Shown here one piece after another: positions 11,441 to 25,090 of a stretch of 64,000 nt of DNA. Location of the stretch: NCBI GenBank assembly GCA_012026655.1, contig JAAILG010000205.1, forward strand, positions 62,001 through 126,000. Reading direction: 5' to 3'. The notes beneath the pieces are model-generated. The model was not told the DNA's origin and made no database searches. It worked only from the letters and a program-made list of their open reading frames with translations. The DNA comes from Hydrolagus affinis (lineage: Eukaryota). The translations under genes were made by a program, and so were the position numbers. Within the stretch, counting starts at the first letter, position 1, and every line of letters begins with the position of its first letter.

Positions 11441-12569
11441 CTAGTTTTAATCAAATCTAGTTTTATCAACAGATGTTAAAACTGTGATAAACCAATGTTA
11501 CCATATGAAGGTTTGATCAAGTAGAATAAAGCGCAGATTGTACAGAATTAATTTAGAAATGATTTTTGGAATAGGCACACAATGTTCAGTGCATGATTTG
11601 ACGAGCATGCTGGTAATAAATGTAAATGATTCACAGCTGTGTGTAAAAATATTCCCAAGAATTTTAAAATACCTATTATTTTAATGAACATAATTATGTT
11701 GTCTCCAGTGTTTAGAGAGGGAAAAAAAACATAGAAATCTACACCTGTCAATTCAAAGAGCACGTTATAAAATGGTTGTGATTTTTATAAGAGTCAATGA
11801 TCCCTTTTTTCAAAAACAAATCAATGGGTGCATGTTATTTAGTTGCCCCTGACAACAGCACTGTTTTCTTTTCATTGATCTTCCTCTACTGTGGATGCAG
11901 TTTATTTGTACTGATTAAGCACCATCTGCCTCTTTTCATAAAAAGAACCTATCTAGAGAAACAAGCTGGTTGAATGTGGAGTTTGTGGTGAGACATATGT
12001 GCTCGCTGAGACAATGATATCATGATGTGTCATTTATTGCTGTTAAGAAAATGAATGGGACAGAGTCACTCTGCATTGCTAAGGAGGAGACAACAGTGCT
12101 ACTCTGCATTGCTAAGCAAATCATGTGATGATGGATCACTTAGGAAATACTTTAACCAAAATATATTATCCAGCTTCCCTTGCGTATTGGGGGGCAAGCA
12201 GAAGCAGAGTGTGATTGAAGCTAATGTATTTTAATACACCCAAACTCCCTTTTTAATTATTCTGAATTGACATACTTGAATGTATGAATGTATTTAGTTT
12301 TATATTTTAATATAACTAAAATGTATTTAGTATTTCATTTATCTTTATGATGGCTAAAAAAAACCTTGGATATGGTAATAAAGGTCACATGGTATCATAT
12401 GGTGCCCCTCAATGTCTATTACATTCGATAAACACCCTTTCATTTGGGTTACTCTGACATAACATGCTCGTGTTATGAGGTATAGCAGCATGAACAGTAG
12501 ATATGAATGAAACCCTGCCCCTCCCATACACTATATTATGAGAAGTAGATTTGAGGAATAATTCAACAT

Positions 12570-12720
12570 ATAATAATCATTGCATATGATACAGCGCTTT
12601 TCACGTCTTCTAGACGTCTCAAAGCTTTTGACAGTGTATTCTGCAAAGTGAATTGACTGTGTATTTGTGGGCGAAACGCAGCAGCCAATTGTGCACAGCA
12701 GTGTCCCACAAACAGTCGTG
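12570..12720 (-). mobile_element. SINE 3' half
   Basis: Tail and core match the full-length copies. Confidence 0.8.
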
Positions 12721-14490
12721 GGTGATATATCACTCTCCTGGATTAGAATGTTATCACATTGGTGAACTACAGTACTTATTCATTCATAAGTGATTTTTCA
12801 AAATTTAAAACAAAAAAATTAAACCCATTTACTATCACATGGGATTGATTAGAATTCTTCACCCATCTCCAATGCATTCCCAAGATCTACCTACATCAAT
12901 GGCATGAAGTAAAAGTTTCAGCATTGCTTTATCTTCTGTTCACAAAACTTCCAAACATTAATTCAATTATAATGCTCAATAATAACGTAAGAGTTCATAA
13001 CACATCCTTTATGTATAGAAACCCAGTGATTTCACATTTTAAAGAACTAAATACTTCTAAAAGTATGGACAGCCAGTTGGTCTCTTGCAGACTTCCTGGG
13101 CTGTTTGTTTAAATTAATCAAAAAATGAAGAGATCTTAGCACTAACACAAGTGGGGAGAAATAATCACTTGCATTAGAATTATTATCTTATCATGGATAG
13201 TGAAAAGGTTAAGCAGTCTGTGCAAACACATGACTAACATCAGCAGACCAAAATCTAAAGGTTTCAGACTGAAAATACAAATTAATTTAAACTACAACGA
13301 ACACTGATAGATTAATGAGATATTTTGTTCAACCTTAGCAAGCTCCTCTATTAAAACCCAAACTTTCTAGTTCTTTATGAATTGTTCAAGCTATGAGATA
13401 TGATTAAATGTTTAAATTTAGCAGTTTTATTCGTCAGCCTTGTGCTGAAGAATATCTCATATTAAGTAAACGTTCCCTCAGAAATCACAGGGCAGCAATG
13501 AAAAGGAGGCCTGAACTAATTAATTAAAATGTTCTCTGCAGTCAGTGCCATGGCAACAGCAACAGAAGCAATGATATTCACTGCTTTGAGAAGACATCAA
13601 ATTATCGGAGTCATTATGGCACTACAATTTACAGAACTAAGTGTCAGCTTCAGCATATATTTTGTCTAGGACAGGAAATCAAGAACCTTCAAACAGATAT
13701 CAAATGTTTGGGACTTCTGGGGGGACCTGAGACATGGAAAAAATATAAAAATATCCGTACCAGACTGAGAGTTCCACGTATGTATGCCTCCTACACATGG
13801 CAATTTCTTCATAATAGGTATGAAATGAACCCTCTCTCCCTGCACGAGTGCACCTTATTTACACAATTTCAGAGAGTCAAACCTTAAGGACTTCAGAGTG
13901 TAAACTGGGTACTGTATCTAGTTCAGGCAGCTCAAATGTCATAGCGTGCCATTTACTGTTTGGTAAACTGCTTATTCAATTAGGACCACCTTACCGGTTA
14001 GGAATATGGCTTGCAAAGAAACCCTCTTCCAAATGACCAATCTACCAATGGCTGCTTTGTCATTGGCACGGGAACCAGAATTCTAAGACTGCCACACAAC
14101 AACAACAAAATTCATACACTTGAATCTGACATTGTGTTGCCAAGTGCATCACCTTGGAGCCCACTCATCAGAAATGGGATTTTTCAAATTTTGCGGCTAG
14201 CTAGATGGGCCTTTCAGTCCTATGCTTAGTACAGTTATTATTTTTATACTTTATACGTTTACTTTATACTGGAACTAATACCTAATAACTAATATCAATG
14301 ACATTATGTGTCATCCAGCCGAGACATTAATAAATATCAAATACAAATTATCTGTGTTATTACTGGATAGCAAAATCATGTGGTAAATCACAGTGAGAAG
14401 TGACACATGTAGAAATAATCCCAATATTGTGAGGAATAGGGCACATCTCTCAATGATTTATTTATTACATCATGACACCACCTCCAATTA

Positions 14491-14721
<231 letters not shown>

Positions 14722-15504
14722 TTATACCGATTAAATAGGAAAAGTGAATATGCTATAAAAAGGGCAAGTTTGATTTTAAAGTTTGAAAGTAGTTAATTGT
14801 ACACATATTTATTTTGTGATTTCCTCATTGAAACGGCAGTGTTTTATTGTTTGACAAGGAAGTCACTTGTGAAAGAATAACAAGTTCTGGAATGGTTTAA
14901 TTACAAATGAATTCTTATGAAAATATTTGAGGCATTCGTGCCACTGATTTACTAGCTATCATAACAGCACCAAAGATACTGTACTTTTGAAAACACTGGA
15001 GTCACAATTATTTCTAGTTTTGATCAAATACATTTATAGAATTATTTTTAAAGCTTCATGAAGAAATACTATACATGCAAGAAAAAGGCAAATTTTAAAA
15101 GAACCACCTGACACAACAATCTGGCTTTACAGAAACAGGTTAATTTACATTATATAAAGGGTGAGTAATTATTTTGTAATTCTCCAGTCAAAATAACTTG
15201 GTTCATGTAAAGTCCTACACCACCTGCTGATGTCCTGTGACACCACGCAGAACAACTTTAATTAGCCCTCTGTCAATTCATGTTTTCTTATTCTATGTTC
15301 ATAAATTCAATGTGGTAATATTGATGTTAACATTTTTGCAGCTTTGTTATGATGTTTTGTTATTAGCTTATGCCTAGTCTAACACATACTAAAGAGAATT
15401 GTGCCTTCATATCACCACAAATATTTTTTATACATCCATATCCTTAGGGGGAAAACAACAGGATGTTTTTTTTTATCCCCCAGAGGAAGAGGTTCAAATT
15501 CTTA

Positions 15505-15845
15505 GTAATCCTTGCATTTGATATAGAGTCTTATCATTTTGTTGAGATGTATCAACACTCTTCACAGGATTTACTGTAAATTGGATTGACTGTATTTTGT
15601 GGGTGAAGCGCAGCAGCCAGTTGTGCACAACAATGTGCCACAAACAGCCATGAAGTGAGTGATCAATTTTATTTGATGGACTATTGGCTAGGGCACCAGA
15701 ACCTTCTTCTTCTTTTCAAACAATGCTGTGGGATCTTTAACATCCACCCTTATACATGCTTCATGCAGAAATACCAAATAGGAAGGAAAAAAAAATACAA
15801 AAAACTAATTTTAAGAGAAATGAACCTCAGTCTCATCTGAAAATA
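15505..15845 (-). mobile_element. Deu-domain-type SINE, 5'-truncated
   Basis: Tail plus core, plus gggatctttaacatccacc...cctcagtctcatctgaaa (Deu-like domain, reverse). Confidence 0.65.
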
Positions 15846-16940
15846 CCGCAACATATGAGAAAAACACTGTTGCAGCTAAAGCACAAATTAGTATCTAAGC
15901 AAAGAACTCCAAGTGTGAAATAGATCTTGGAATATCCAGATATTTAGCACATATTATTTTACATATAGGTATGTTGGACCTTTCCAACACAGGTAAGAGG
16001 GAAACCATCCAGCATGTACAGGTGCAATGTTTTTATTTAGCCACAACAATCCATCCAAGAACTGAGGGAATTCCCCATTTCGTTAAATTTTCAGAAGCTG
16101 CGTAAATTGGGATTAATAATTAATAATAGATGATAGATGATAGAAGATAAATAGTTTGCCAAATATTATGTAATATCACAGGACAAATGTGTTACAGCAC
16201 ATATTTTTCTAATTGATGTGCTGAGCCCATTTGTCCGAATCCAGCAGTGCTCCTCTCTACTGACCAAAGACGTCAGCATTTACACAGCTGTAAAGGGAAC
16301 TGAAAGCCACCTTGAAGGCAAGACCAGAATTTACCAAGGACTTGTTGTAAAAGTGCAGGGGAGAACAATGAGGATGATCTCCGAGGAATGAGCTACAAAC
16401 AGCAATGAAACAAGCTAGAGCTCTTCAGATTTGCAAGAAGACAACTCTTTTACTCTATCTATAATCATACATTAATGTGGCATATAGTTAGGACCATGTA
16501 ACAAATATTTGTGCTTTGCTTTCAAAAGAATTCCTTAACAGTGTCCTTTGACGATCACCTTACCAGATAATCCAACACAGTATTTGTTGCATTACAGAAC
16601 AGATCTCCACAATTAACACTGACTTCATGTGTTTGATGAATTGTTTGTTTAAAATGCAGGAACTTTTTATACTGGGAGAAAATAAACACTTCTAAATACT
16701 TTATAAAGCAATGCACATTAATTATAATTTACTGTCAAAACAACAACAACTTAGATTTATATACTGCCCTCCATGCCTGAAGGCATCTCAGAGTGCTTCA
16801 CAATAGCAAAGCCCAAGTCCAAGTCAGTGGGAGGGGAAGGTGACCGTAGGCGTGATCGAACATAAATATAAATATTGGAACAGAATTATAATTTGGATAC
16901 CACAGTTGCAGGCACCCATATGGATCAATCAGATACTTAC

Positions 16941-17080
16941 TGGGAACTCCAGATACCAGACGTAATGGTCTCAGGACTCTAAATGCTCTCAGAGCTTTCA
17001 CATCAAAACCAGCAGCTTTCCCTCCAATTGGGTTAGTCCCCTCTGCTTTGGTCGCTTGTTCTAAAATAGCACTAAATAGC
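16941..17080 (-). CDS. CACNA1C: Cav1.2 alpha-1C exon equivalent to human exon 5 (IS3-IS4 linker and IS4 voltage sensor)
   Basis: Reads tttttcag|G CTA TTT... = [46 protein letters not shown](S)|gtaagt, 140 nt. It has the R/K-every-third-residue S4 pattern. '[12 protein letters not shown]' is typical of CACNA1C rather than 1D, 1F or 1S. Confidence 0.97.
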
Positions 17081-17349
17081 CTGAAAAAAGAAAAGGAGTC
17101 AATCACTGAAGAAAATATGTACTTCATCATGTTATAGTCAAACAGGCAGATTGTTCTGTGCCACATTCATCTACTATTATACTGTGATAAATGCACTCCA
17201 TCATCTAACTGCTAGATATAAGAGGAAACATTGAAATCCACCATTAAGTGTACTTCATTAATCAATAATTGCTTGGATTTACTCAAGGAAATAATTAACT
17301 CAAAACTTATGGAACTTATTAGGAGATACCATGTACTTAACTGGAGATC

Positions 17350-17790
17350 AAAGTTGATGCCAATGTAGCATACACATTGGTGAGTATAAAGAGGGAGCTG
17401 AGAATAAAGTCTTAGGATACAACATAGTTGACTGCATGGGGTCAGGAGAAGATACCATTATGGCAACAAAATGGTAGCAGTGAGTCAAATAGGACTTGAA
17501 ACAGAAGAGGGACAGTTCCACTCAGGTGGATGGGGGAGGAGAGGCGGTTGAGGAAGATAGCATGCTCCACTGCATCAAAAACAGCAAAGATTTTCAGGAG
17601 CACAAGAAGGCAGACAAAGCCCTGGTCACAGAGACCAGAGGACATAATTTGAAACCTTGACAAGCATTGTTTCAGTACTGTGAGCAGATGGAAATTGGAC
17701 TGTGTAGGCTTGAGATGGGAGTTGGAGGAAAGGGGTGAATGAAATTGGATAGCAACAATGCATTCCAGGTTTTTAGCAGTGAAGAAGCAG
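17350..17790 (-). mobile_element. L2 LINE reverse-transcriptase fragment
   Basis: ORF 17442-17804 contains LLVLL..FAVFDAVEHAIFLNRL, a decayed LLDLSAAFDTVDH motif. Confidence 0.75.
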
Positions 17791-18599
17791 TTACACAAAC
17801 TCATTAAGGTGATGAAGGGAGTTAAGTGGCTGCATGTTATAAGTTTGCATTTGTTAAGGAATGCAGAGCAGAGATTTTTAACTCTATCATTGACTTACAA
17901 AATAGTGCTGCCTGCTGGGAGATACTGAATGTGGAATAATAATGAATGTACTTGTACTTCAAAGTTATATATTGTGTAAAAAATCTTTATTGCATAGAAA
18001 ATTTGGGCTAGGAGTAGAAGTGCAGCTAATGATGATCAGAAAGCAACAAAGTAAATCTCAAATTTTTCATTCACAGTTGACCCCAAATGATCTTCCTTGT
18101 GATATTGCATACTTTGTGCAATTATCAAATTCAGTTTGAACATAACCCGGTGTTGCTTCACAGAACAGTTCTCAGAGTTTTGCTTTTTCTTATACTGTAA
18201 ACCAAAGGTTTAGTTACCAAACACAAAATTGTATTTGCATTACTATGCAGGAAAAGTTCTCAATCATGTTAAAAATTTCCTTGAAATAATAGACCAAATG
18301 ATTTTTACTGTAATCTACCTTCATTATTCCAGAGGCCAAAGTTTCACTTCAATTCCCAAGTTGCAATCTTTTTTAATCAGTTTGTGAAGATGTGGGGTAA
18401 AAGCTTTTACAATGGATCTTGAAGGAGCCATTATTAACATAGAAAATAATTTGACATATTTCTTTCTGGTAAAACATTCAGTATTATTGCACCAATTGTG
18501 CCATAATATGGTATTTTGCAGGTTTGCACTGCATTGATATACCTGATCTATAAACTTTGATAATACTTCAGTTACTGTTCAATAATACTGATCAGTCCA

Positions 18600-18748
18600 A
18601 AAAAAAAATCCATGACTGTTTGTGAGACAGTGTTGTTTCGCCCACAAATATACAGTTAATTCACCTTACAGTATATTCTGTGAAGCGCTTTGAGATGTGT
18701 ACAAGACATGATAAGGCGCTATATCAAATGCAAGGATTATTATTATTA
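18600..18748 (+). mobile_element. SINE 3' fragment
   Basis: cccacaaatatacag...gtgaagcgctttgagatg...ggcgctatatcaaatgcaaggattattatt. Confidence 0.8.
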
Positions 18749-21700
18749 AGAGAATCTAATGCGATACATTTGAAAAATATAATTACATAGAATCAAGCTG
18801 GGGAAAAGTCAAGCCTTGGTACATTATACAGTGTACTAAAAAGCATGAAACTCCAATTTGTTGTCAATTCTACATTTACAAAGGAATGCAGAGATTTTTT
18901 ATATACATTTCCGATCCCTGGACGTCATTCTCAGGCTGTATACTGCTCCGTTGGTAAGACTGCACCTTAAATACTGAAACCTGAGGGGGCTGTCTAGGCC
19001 CAAGAGGCAGTACAGAGGAGATCATCAATGTTGATGATCTATGAAAAACAATTAGACAAGCTGGGACTCTTCAGTTTTGAGAGAAGACGACTCTGAGGGA
19101 ATTCCTTAGATTTATATGAAACTTTAAGTAGGATTGAAACTTCTCCTTCAATCCCTCCAGTTTGCTCCCTCCTTCCCCATTTTCATATCACGCTTGAATA
19201 CCTTCCTCTTCAACCGTGCTTACAGTCACCCTACTCGGTGTCAGGCTCTGCCACTGTTAAGCGCATCGAGACGCTACTCTGCATGAAGGGCACAATATAA
19301 ATGCACGTTGTACAGCTGCAATCCGTATTTGCCACAGATTCACCTCACTGCTTGACCCTGGACTTTACAAATGGATCAATTGAAGCCCCTCCTTTCATTC
19401 CCAGGAGTTCAGATTCATAAAGCACAACTGTTTCTGCATGGGTTTTATATGCCACATTACTTCATCTTGAAAACATATGCATTTGAAGGACTACTAGTTA
19501 ATAAATTTGGTATCTTACAATGATACAAATGAAGTAACAATGATTGTTGCTGTGTTTCAGAATCGATTTTGAAGTACTTTATCAAATGTTAATATTATAA
19601 AGACTAGAGTAGTTTGAGATTATTCTACAGATGAACCAATTATAAATGAGAACCATTGCTTTTAACATTACAATTCCTTAAGACAAGCTCACTATTTTAT
19701 TTCCTTCTACCTTGTCTTTTTAGAAACACACTGAAAGTTTACATTGAATTGAATAAAACTTTATTTACAGGGGAAAAGGAGACCCAGGTGACATCACATT
19801 TACAGTATATACTCAGTTTTCCAAAGGAGTCACTTAACATGACATTTTAAATCTCAGTTGCATCAGTTAAAGCAGGTGATACTGTAGCCGAATGGGAATA
19901 ATTGCTGCTCCAGTGATTGATTTGCACCTCCAAGTCATGCTGATGAGCCAAGTTGGTTGGTTGGCATCAATAGTGTCCTGTGGTACTGCAGGCCCACCTG
20001 ACTCAGGAACCAGTCTACAAGATCACCACAGAGGATTGACTTGATGATGATATTCCATTGCGCAGAATGTCACCTTGAAGTTAGGTCACCTCCGGAGAGA
20101 CTGCACTTTGATTCCCCCCGGGAAGATGGGAGGAAATCACCAGTTGGCTGATGAGGAAACTCTGCCGTTGAATAGCTACTTAGGAACCCCTGAGGCTTGG
20201 GGCAACAGCTGCTGGAGAGCGTTACCGAGAGATTGGTCTCATGGAAACTTTTGCAATAGCTTGGTATCCACCTTGATTAGTGTGCAGAGAGCAAAGTAGC
20301 TGATGCTCGAGCTCTGCATCTCCAACTGGTACAATCATCACTCAATAGTGTGTGTCTGTCTGACCTGTGAGTTGGAGGATGGTGGGAATGCTTTTATGCA
20401 TTTCATGTTAAGCTGTGCTGCTGACCAGGAAGTTCCTAGCACCTGCTATCCAGTTGAGGGGGAACTCAAACCTGCACTTGTTGGATATTAAATGTTCCTA
20501 TATGTTCCCAAAGAGTGTTGTATAATAAAACTTGACAGGAGGTACGTTAAAATCAGAAAAAGGGGCTCCAAGAGTACTTGCAACAGCATTTTGTAGGCTA
20601 AATGTCCTTTAGAAAATTAATATTGTTAATTACAAATTAAGTTAAAAATGAAAGTCATTATCCATAATTCAGTGTGAAAATTACACACTGACTAGATTTA
20701 GATTGGATTTTCATTTACATGGAGTGATGTTTTGAGAAGCTTTTAAAATCAAATGTAAATTATTTATTTTATTTGTTTACTTTATTAAATAGTGAAGATG
20801 AAGAATTTGTGAGCAAAATCCTCCAGCAACAACATGCGTAGTTTCAGAAACAGTAGCTATAACAAATATTTCACGAAAAGGTCTGTTGAGCTCATTAAGA
20901 TCTTGTTCTATGCTGTTAAGGAAGAAAGAAAGCAATTCTATGCAACTGGAATGAGAAATCTAATGGTGGTTTATATACTCCAGGTCTGATCTGGCACTAA
21001 TGAGCTAAAGGAATTTGGAAAAATCCATAAACTATTCTTAATAGGATCAGAAGGTAATTGTATGGAAGAATTCTGTTGCCAACAGCATGCACGTAACAGC
21101 TTTGGCAAGTAGTGGCAAACTTTGAAGTGTTTCTCATTTATTTTTGAGAATTTGAGAGCGCATCCACATTGCATTTATGCTAATTACTGATCAAGACTCA
21201 TCATCTTCCTATTGGGTAAGAAAGCCACACCCTCAAGGCAGTGGCTTCTTTTTAAACATATAAACAATCCCTCCTTCATCTGACTCAGCAAGCAAATGGT
21301 TTATATTTAAAAAAATACTGCAGCTACTTATAATCCAACCATTACCAGAATTCTTTCATATTCCTGCTTCTATTTCATTCGCTCTTTCTTAATTTGCCTT
21401 TAGTTCTATGATCCTTTAAAGGGGTATCTTACACTTAGCACACAATGCATTAAAGAGACTCTTTCCACCAGAGGTTACCTGTACAATTATGCTTATGGAT
21501 ACAAGACATGTCATCACAGGTCATTAACTTTAAGTTTCTTGGTAAATTTTGGGAAACTACTGAATTTACAGAATTAAACATTTTTTGCTGGTTCAAAGGT
21601 CCCAAATGGTCCCAATCCTTACAGCAGTGTGACTTGTTCCTCTGAATAAGTACAGTAATAATTATAACCATAGAAAACAGTTAACATCCTAGTTTGTAGC

Positions 21701-21751
21701 AGATTAATGTATGAATGTAAGAGGCTTTGGTATGAATAAGATCAACACTCA

Positions 21752-21919
<168 letters not shown>

Positions 21920-24040
21920 TTATTAGGTAGCGCTGATTGGGATTAATTTGTACAGAAAAAGCACAAGATTTTACATGTGAGTTACTACCCCCCAATTTAA
22001 TTATCAGTGTACTGTACAAAGGAAATCATGTAACTATGCAGTGATGAACTCTGATATCTTAATTTTAATGTCCATATAGAGGTGCAGAAGCATCCACAAT
22101 AGAGCTCTATTGTTCTGTCTCCTTGTTTTCCAATTAATAATAGTTATAGAAGATTTTAAATGGGTTAAGAAATATATTCAGAAACACCAAGACAACAAAA
22201 CAAAAAAAAGTCACTGCACTTTATAGTGTATCCTAAGAAGAGTGTGTTGATGTCTGAACGCTAAGGCAAACAGAGTCAGACTTTAAGAAACAGTTTGATG
22301 CTGTATTCGGAAGATGGTAGCGTGAGTAATCTGAAAGGATGATATCAAATGGGCTGAAGGAGCTTCTTCATCCTAATTTCTTCAATGATCTTGTGAATTA
22401 CTGCTTTACCTTTGCCTCTTGCACTGTAATTAGGGTTTTAGCAACATAGTCTAAATAATAGATTCAGCTGACAAGTAAGCATCAATTATTACCCAAGTCC
22501 TGTTTTCTAAGCAAGCGACTTAATACTGTACAACATCTATGGGATGTATTGAAAATTCAAACACAAATACTTTATAATGGAATTGTCCATTAATAGCTAC
22601 AATAATAATCCTTGCATTTGATATAGTGCTTTTCACGTCTTCTAGATGTCTCAAAGCGCTTCATAGAATAAACTGTAAAGAGAATTGAATACACATATTA
22701 CATTTTTAAATATTGCAATCTTATTCAATTGCAAACCTGCATGTTTGCTTCGATGTCCAGATACTATATCAATATGATCTGTGACTGGAAACTATCCAAA
22801 AATAATTACAATTCATACAACAATGACAACCTACTGCATTTAATATAGCACCTTTCACATCCCAAACAATGAGCTCTAAAGATTTATCTGTAAGCATTTA
22901 CATTACATGAAATTCCAATGATTACCATAACATGCTAGAATAATAGTTGGGGGGAAAAACTAGCAACACAAATCTTAGAACATTCCCTGAACAATGTACT
23001 CTGTCATTCTGTAGCTCTCAGGAGTTCAAACCATAATGATAATGTGTTACTGAAGGACTCAGAGTCATATACAATTGGTCGCTGATCTTGCAGCTGGAGA
23101 TAAACAAGCCAGTCAAGAATCATGTTTGGTTTGACTCATTCAGAAACTAGGCAGCTGCCTCTTTGCTTTAGTTTTTCAAAAGTTCACTATTGAACAAAAT
23201 GTCAATATTAGCAATGCACTTGTGAATAACTTCAGAAGGTTTTCGAGGCTTAAGTTATATTTGATAATATGTCTATCTACTGCAATCAAATAACGGTTAA
23301 TTCCTTAATCTATAAGTATTGATATGAGTCTAATCCAAAGAATGTATGTGCATCATGCTTTGCTCATTCGATCTAAAACATCATCTTACAATGCAAATCC
23401 CATAAATGGACAATAAGATTTAAAACAATAAAATCAAATTGCATTTATATAGTGCCTTACACATTGGGAGCACATTCCCAAGGCATTTAGACAATCAGGG
23501 GCTTGCACCCAAACTGGGAATTTGGAGTCATGATGGGTGGAGGGTTTGTCGTGGGAGGATGACCAAAGGCAAGGTCAAAAAAGAAGCCCTTGAGACAAGC
23601 CTTGACAGATGCAAGGGTAAGGGGTGAGACATTGGGACTCTGAGATGGAATTCCAGAGAGTGGGGGCGGGAAGTCTGAAGCATTAACAAAGCATGAAGTA
23701 TATTAAAGGTCACTTTAAGATGAGCTATAGTTTTGCCGTTGCTAGTTGCCCTCTGATACCTGGCCCAACTGACTTTTTAAAAAAAATCGGAGCCCAACAG
23801 TTTTGACAGACTATTTGAACAACTCTGCATGTATTTAGACCATCGTGACAATAATGGTTGTCATTGGACATGGAACAAATTGGAAGAAATATGTATGAAA
23901 TATCATTTTTCTTTTCAGAATTGTATGATTTTAAAAAATCATTTATTGCGGTACCTTATATCAATCTACAAAATCTTTCCTGACCTTAATATAATAACTA
24001 CAGTCAGTGATGTATGTTTCTTATAGTGTGTCTTATTATG

Positions 24041-24360
24041 GAGGCCTGTAGTGTACTGGTTAGAGCACTCATCTTGCAAGATAGAACTCAGGTTCAATTC
24101 TCGGGCATGGCAGAATGGTATGCAAGTTTCCTTACTCTACATGCCTCTGCTTACCTGGCAGTAAGTAGAACCTGGGGTTGTTAATTGATTAGAGGATCGC
24201 TTTTCTGGGGGTAATAACCCCTTAAAAATATTAATTTGGTCACTCAATCCACTGCTGTTTGTGGGACACTGCTGTGCACAATTGGCTACTGCATTTTGCC
24301 CACAAAATATCATCCATTTACTTTACAGCACATTCTGCAAACCGCTTTGAGACTTCTTGA
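24041..24360 (+). mobile_element. tRNA-derived SINE, long subfamily
   Basis: It has the A/B-box head, the gcctctgcttacctggcagtaagtagaacc internal segment and the core. An inverted head fragment follows at ~24365-24445. Confidence 0.8.
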
Positions 24361-24759
24361 AACAGACATGTGGAGCAGGAAATTTTGCCTGAATCAAATT
24401 TGAGTCCTCTCCCTTGCAAGGCAAGTGCCCATCCATGGGACTGAGTGTGTGTGGGTGGGATGTGTGTAAGGGTCGGTGGGGGATTTGGGGGGGTGACTGT
24501 GAGTGGGGAGTGGGAGTGTTGTGGGTTATGGTATTTAGTTGCTGTGAGTTCTTAATAAACAGCTATGGATTGTACATTATTATGTGATATCAGAAGTAAA
24601 CTGAATTTGGACTGAAACAGACTATGCAAACCAGATTGGATGATATTATATGTGCAGATATTGTGACCCCTGAACTTGATGAGAAACATAACGCATAATT
24701 GGCACTGGTTTGAACAGGATTTCTGAACCTTTGCAATAATCTTTAATTTGCTTCAATTA

Positions 24760-25090
24760 TTGGAGAGGAGAACATGGCAGGCCTTGAAGGCGATGACGAG
24801 GATTTTAATCTCTATCCTTAAGGGAATTTGGAGCCAGTGGAGCTGAGTGATGGGGAGGCCAATAGGGAAATGGAGGTGGGTGGGGGAGCAGTGGGAGACA
24901 ACATGAAGGCAGTTTGTTAGGTAGGACTTGAACGAGACAAGAGTGGTCCCACTAAGGTGGTGAGGGAGGAGAGGCAATGGATAAAGATGAGGTGGTCAAA
25001 TATGGTGAACTTGGCAGAGAGGTTCAGCAAGATGAGGAGGCAGAGGAGGCCTGGTTACAGATGTCATTTGTGACCTTAACAAGTGCTGCC
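24760..25090 (-). mobile_element. L2 LINE fragment(s)
   Basis: Encodes QLHWLQIPLRIEIKILVIAFKA and ALVKVTNDI, both L2 ORF2 motifs. Confidence 0.75.

Noticed and set aside
24452-24526. G-rich tract with G-quadruplex potential
   Set aside because: It is low-complexity sequence beside a SINE, on the strand opposite the pre-mRNA sequence, with no other sign of function.
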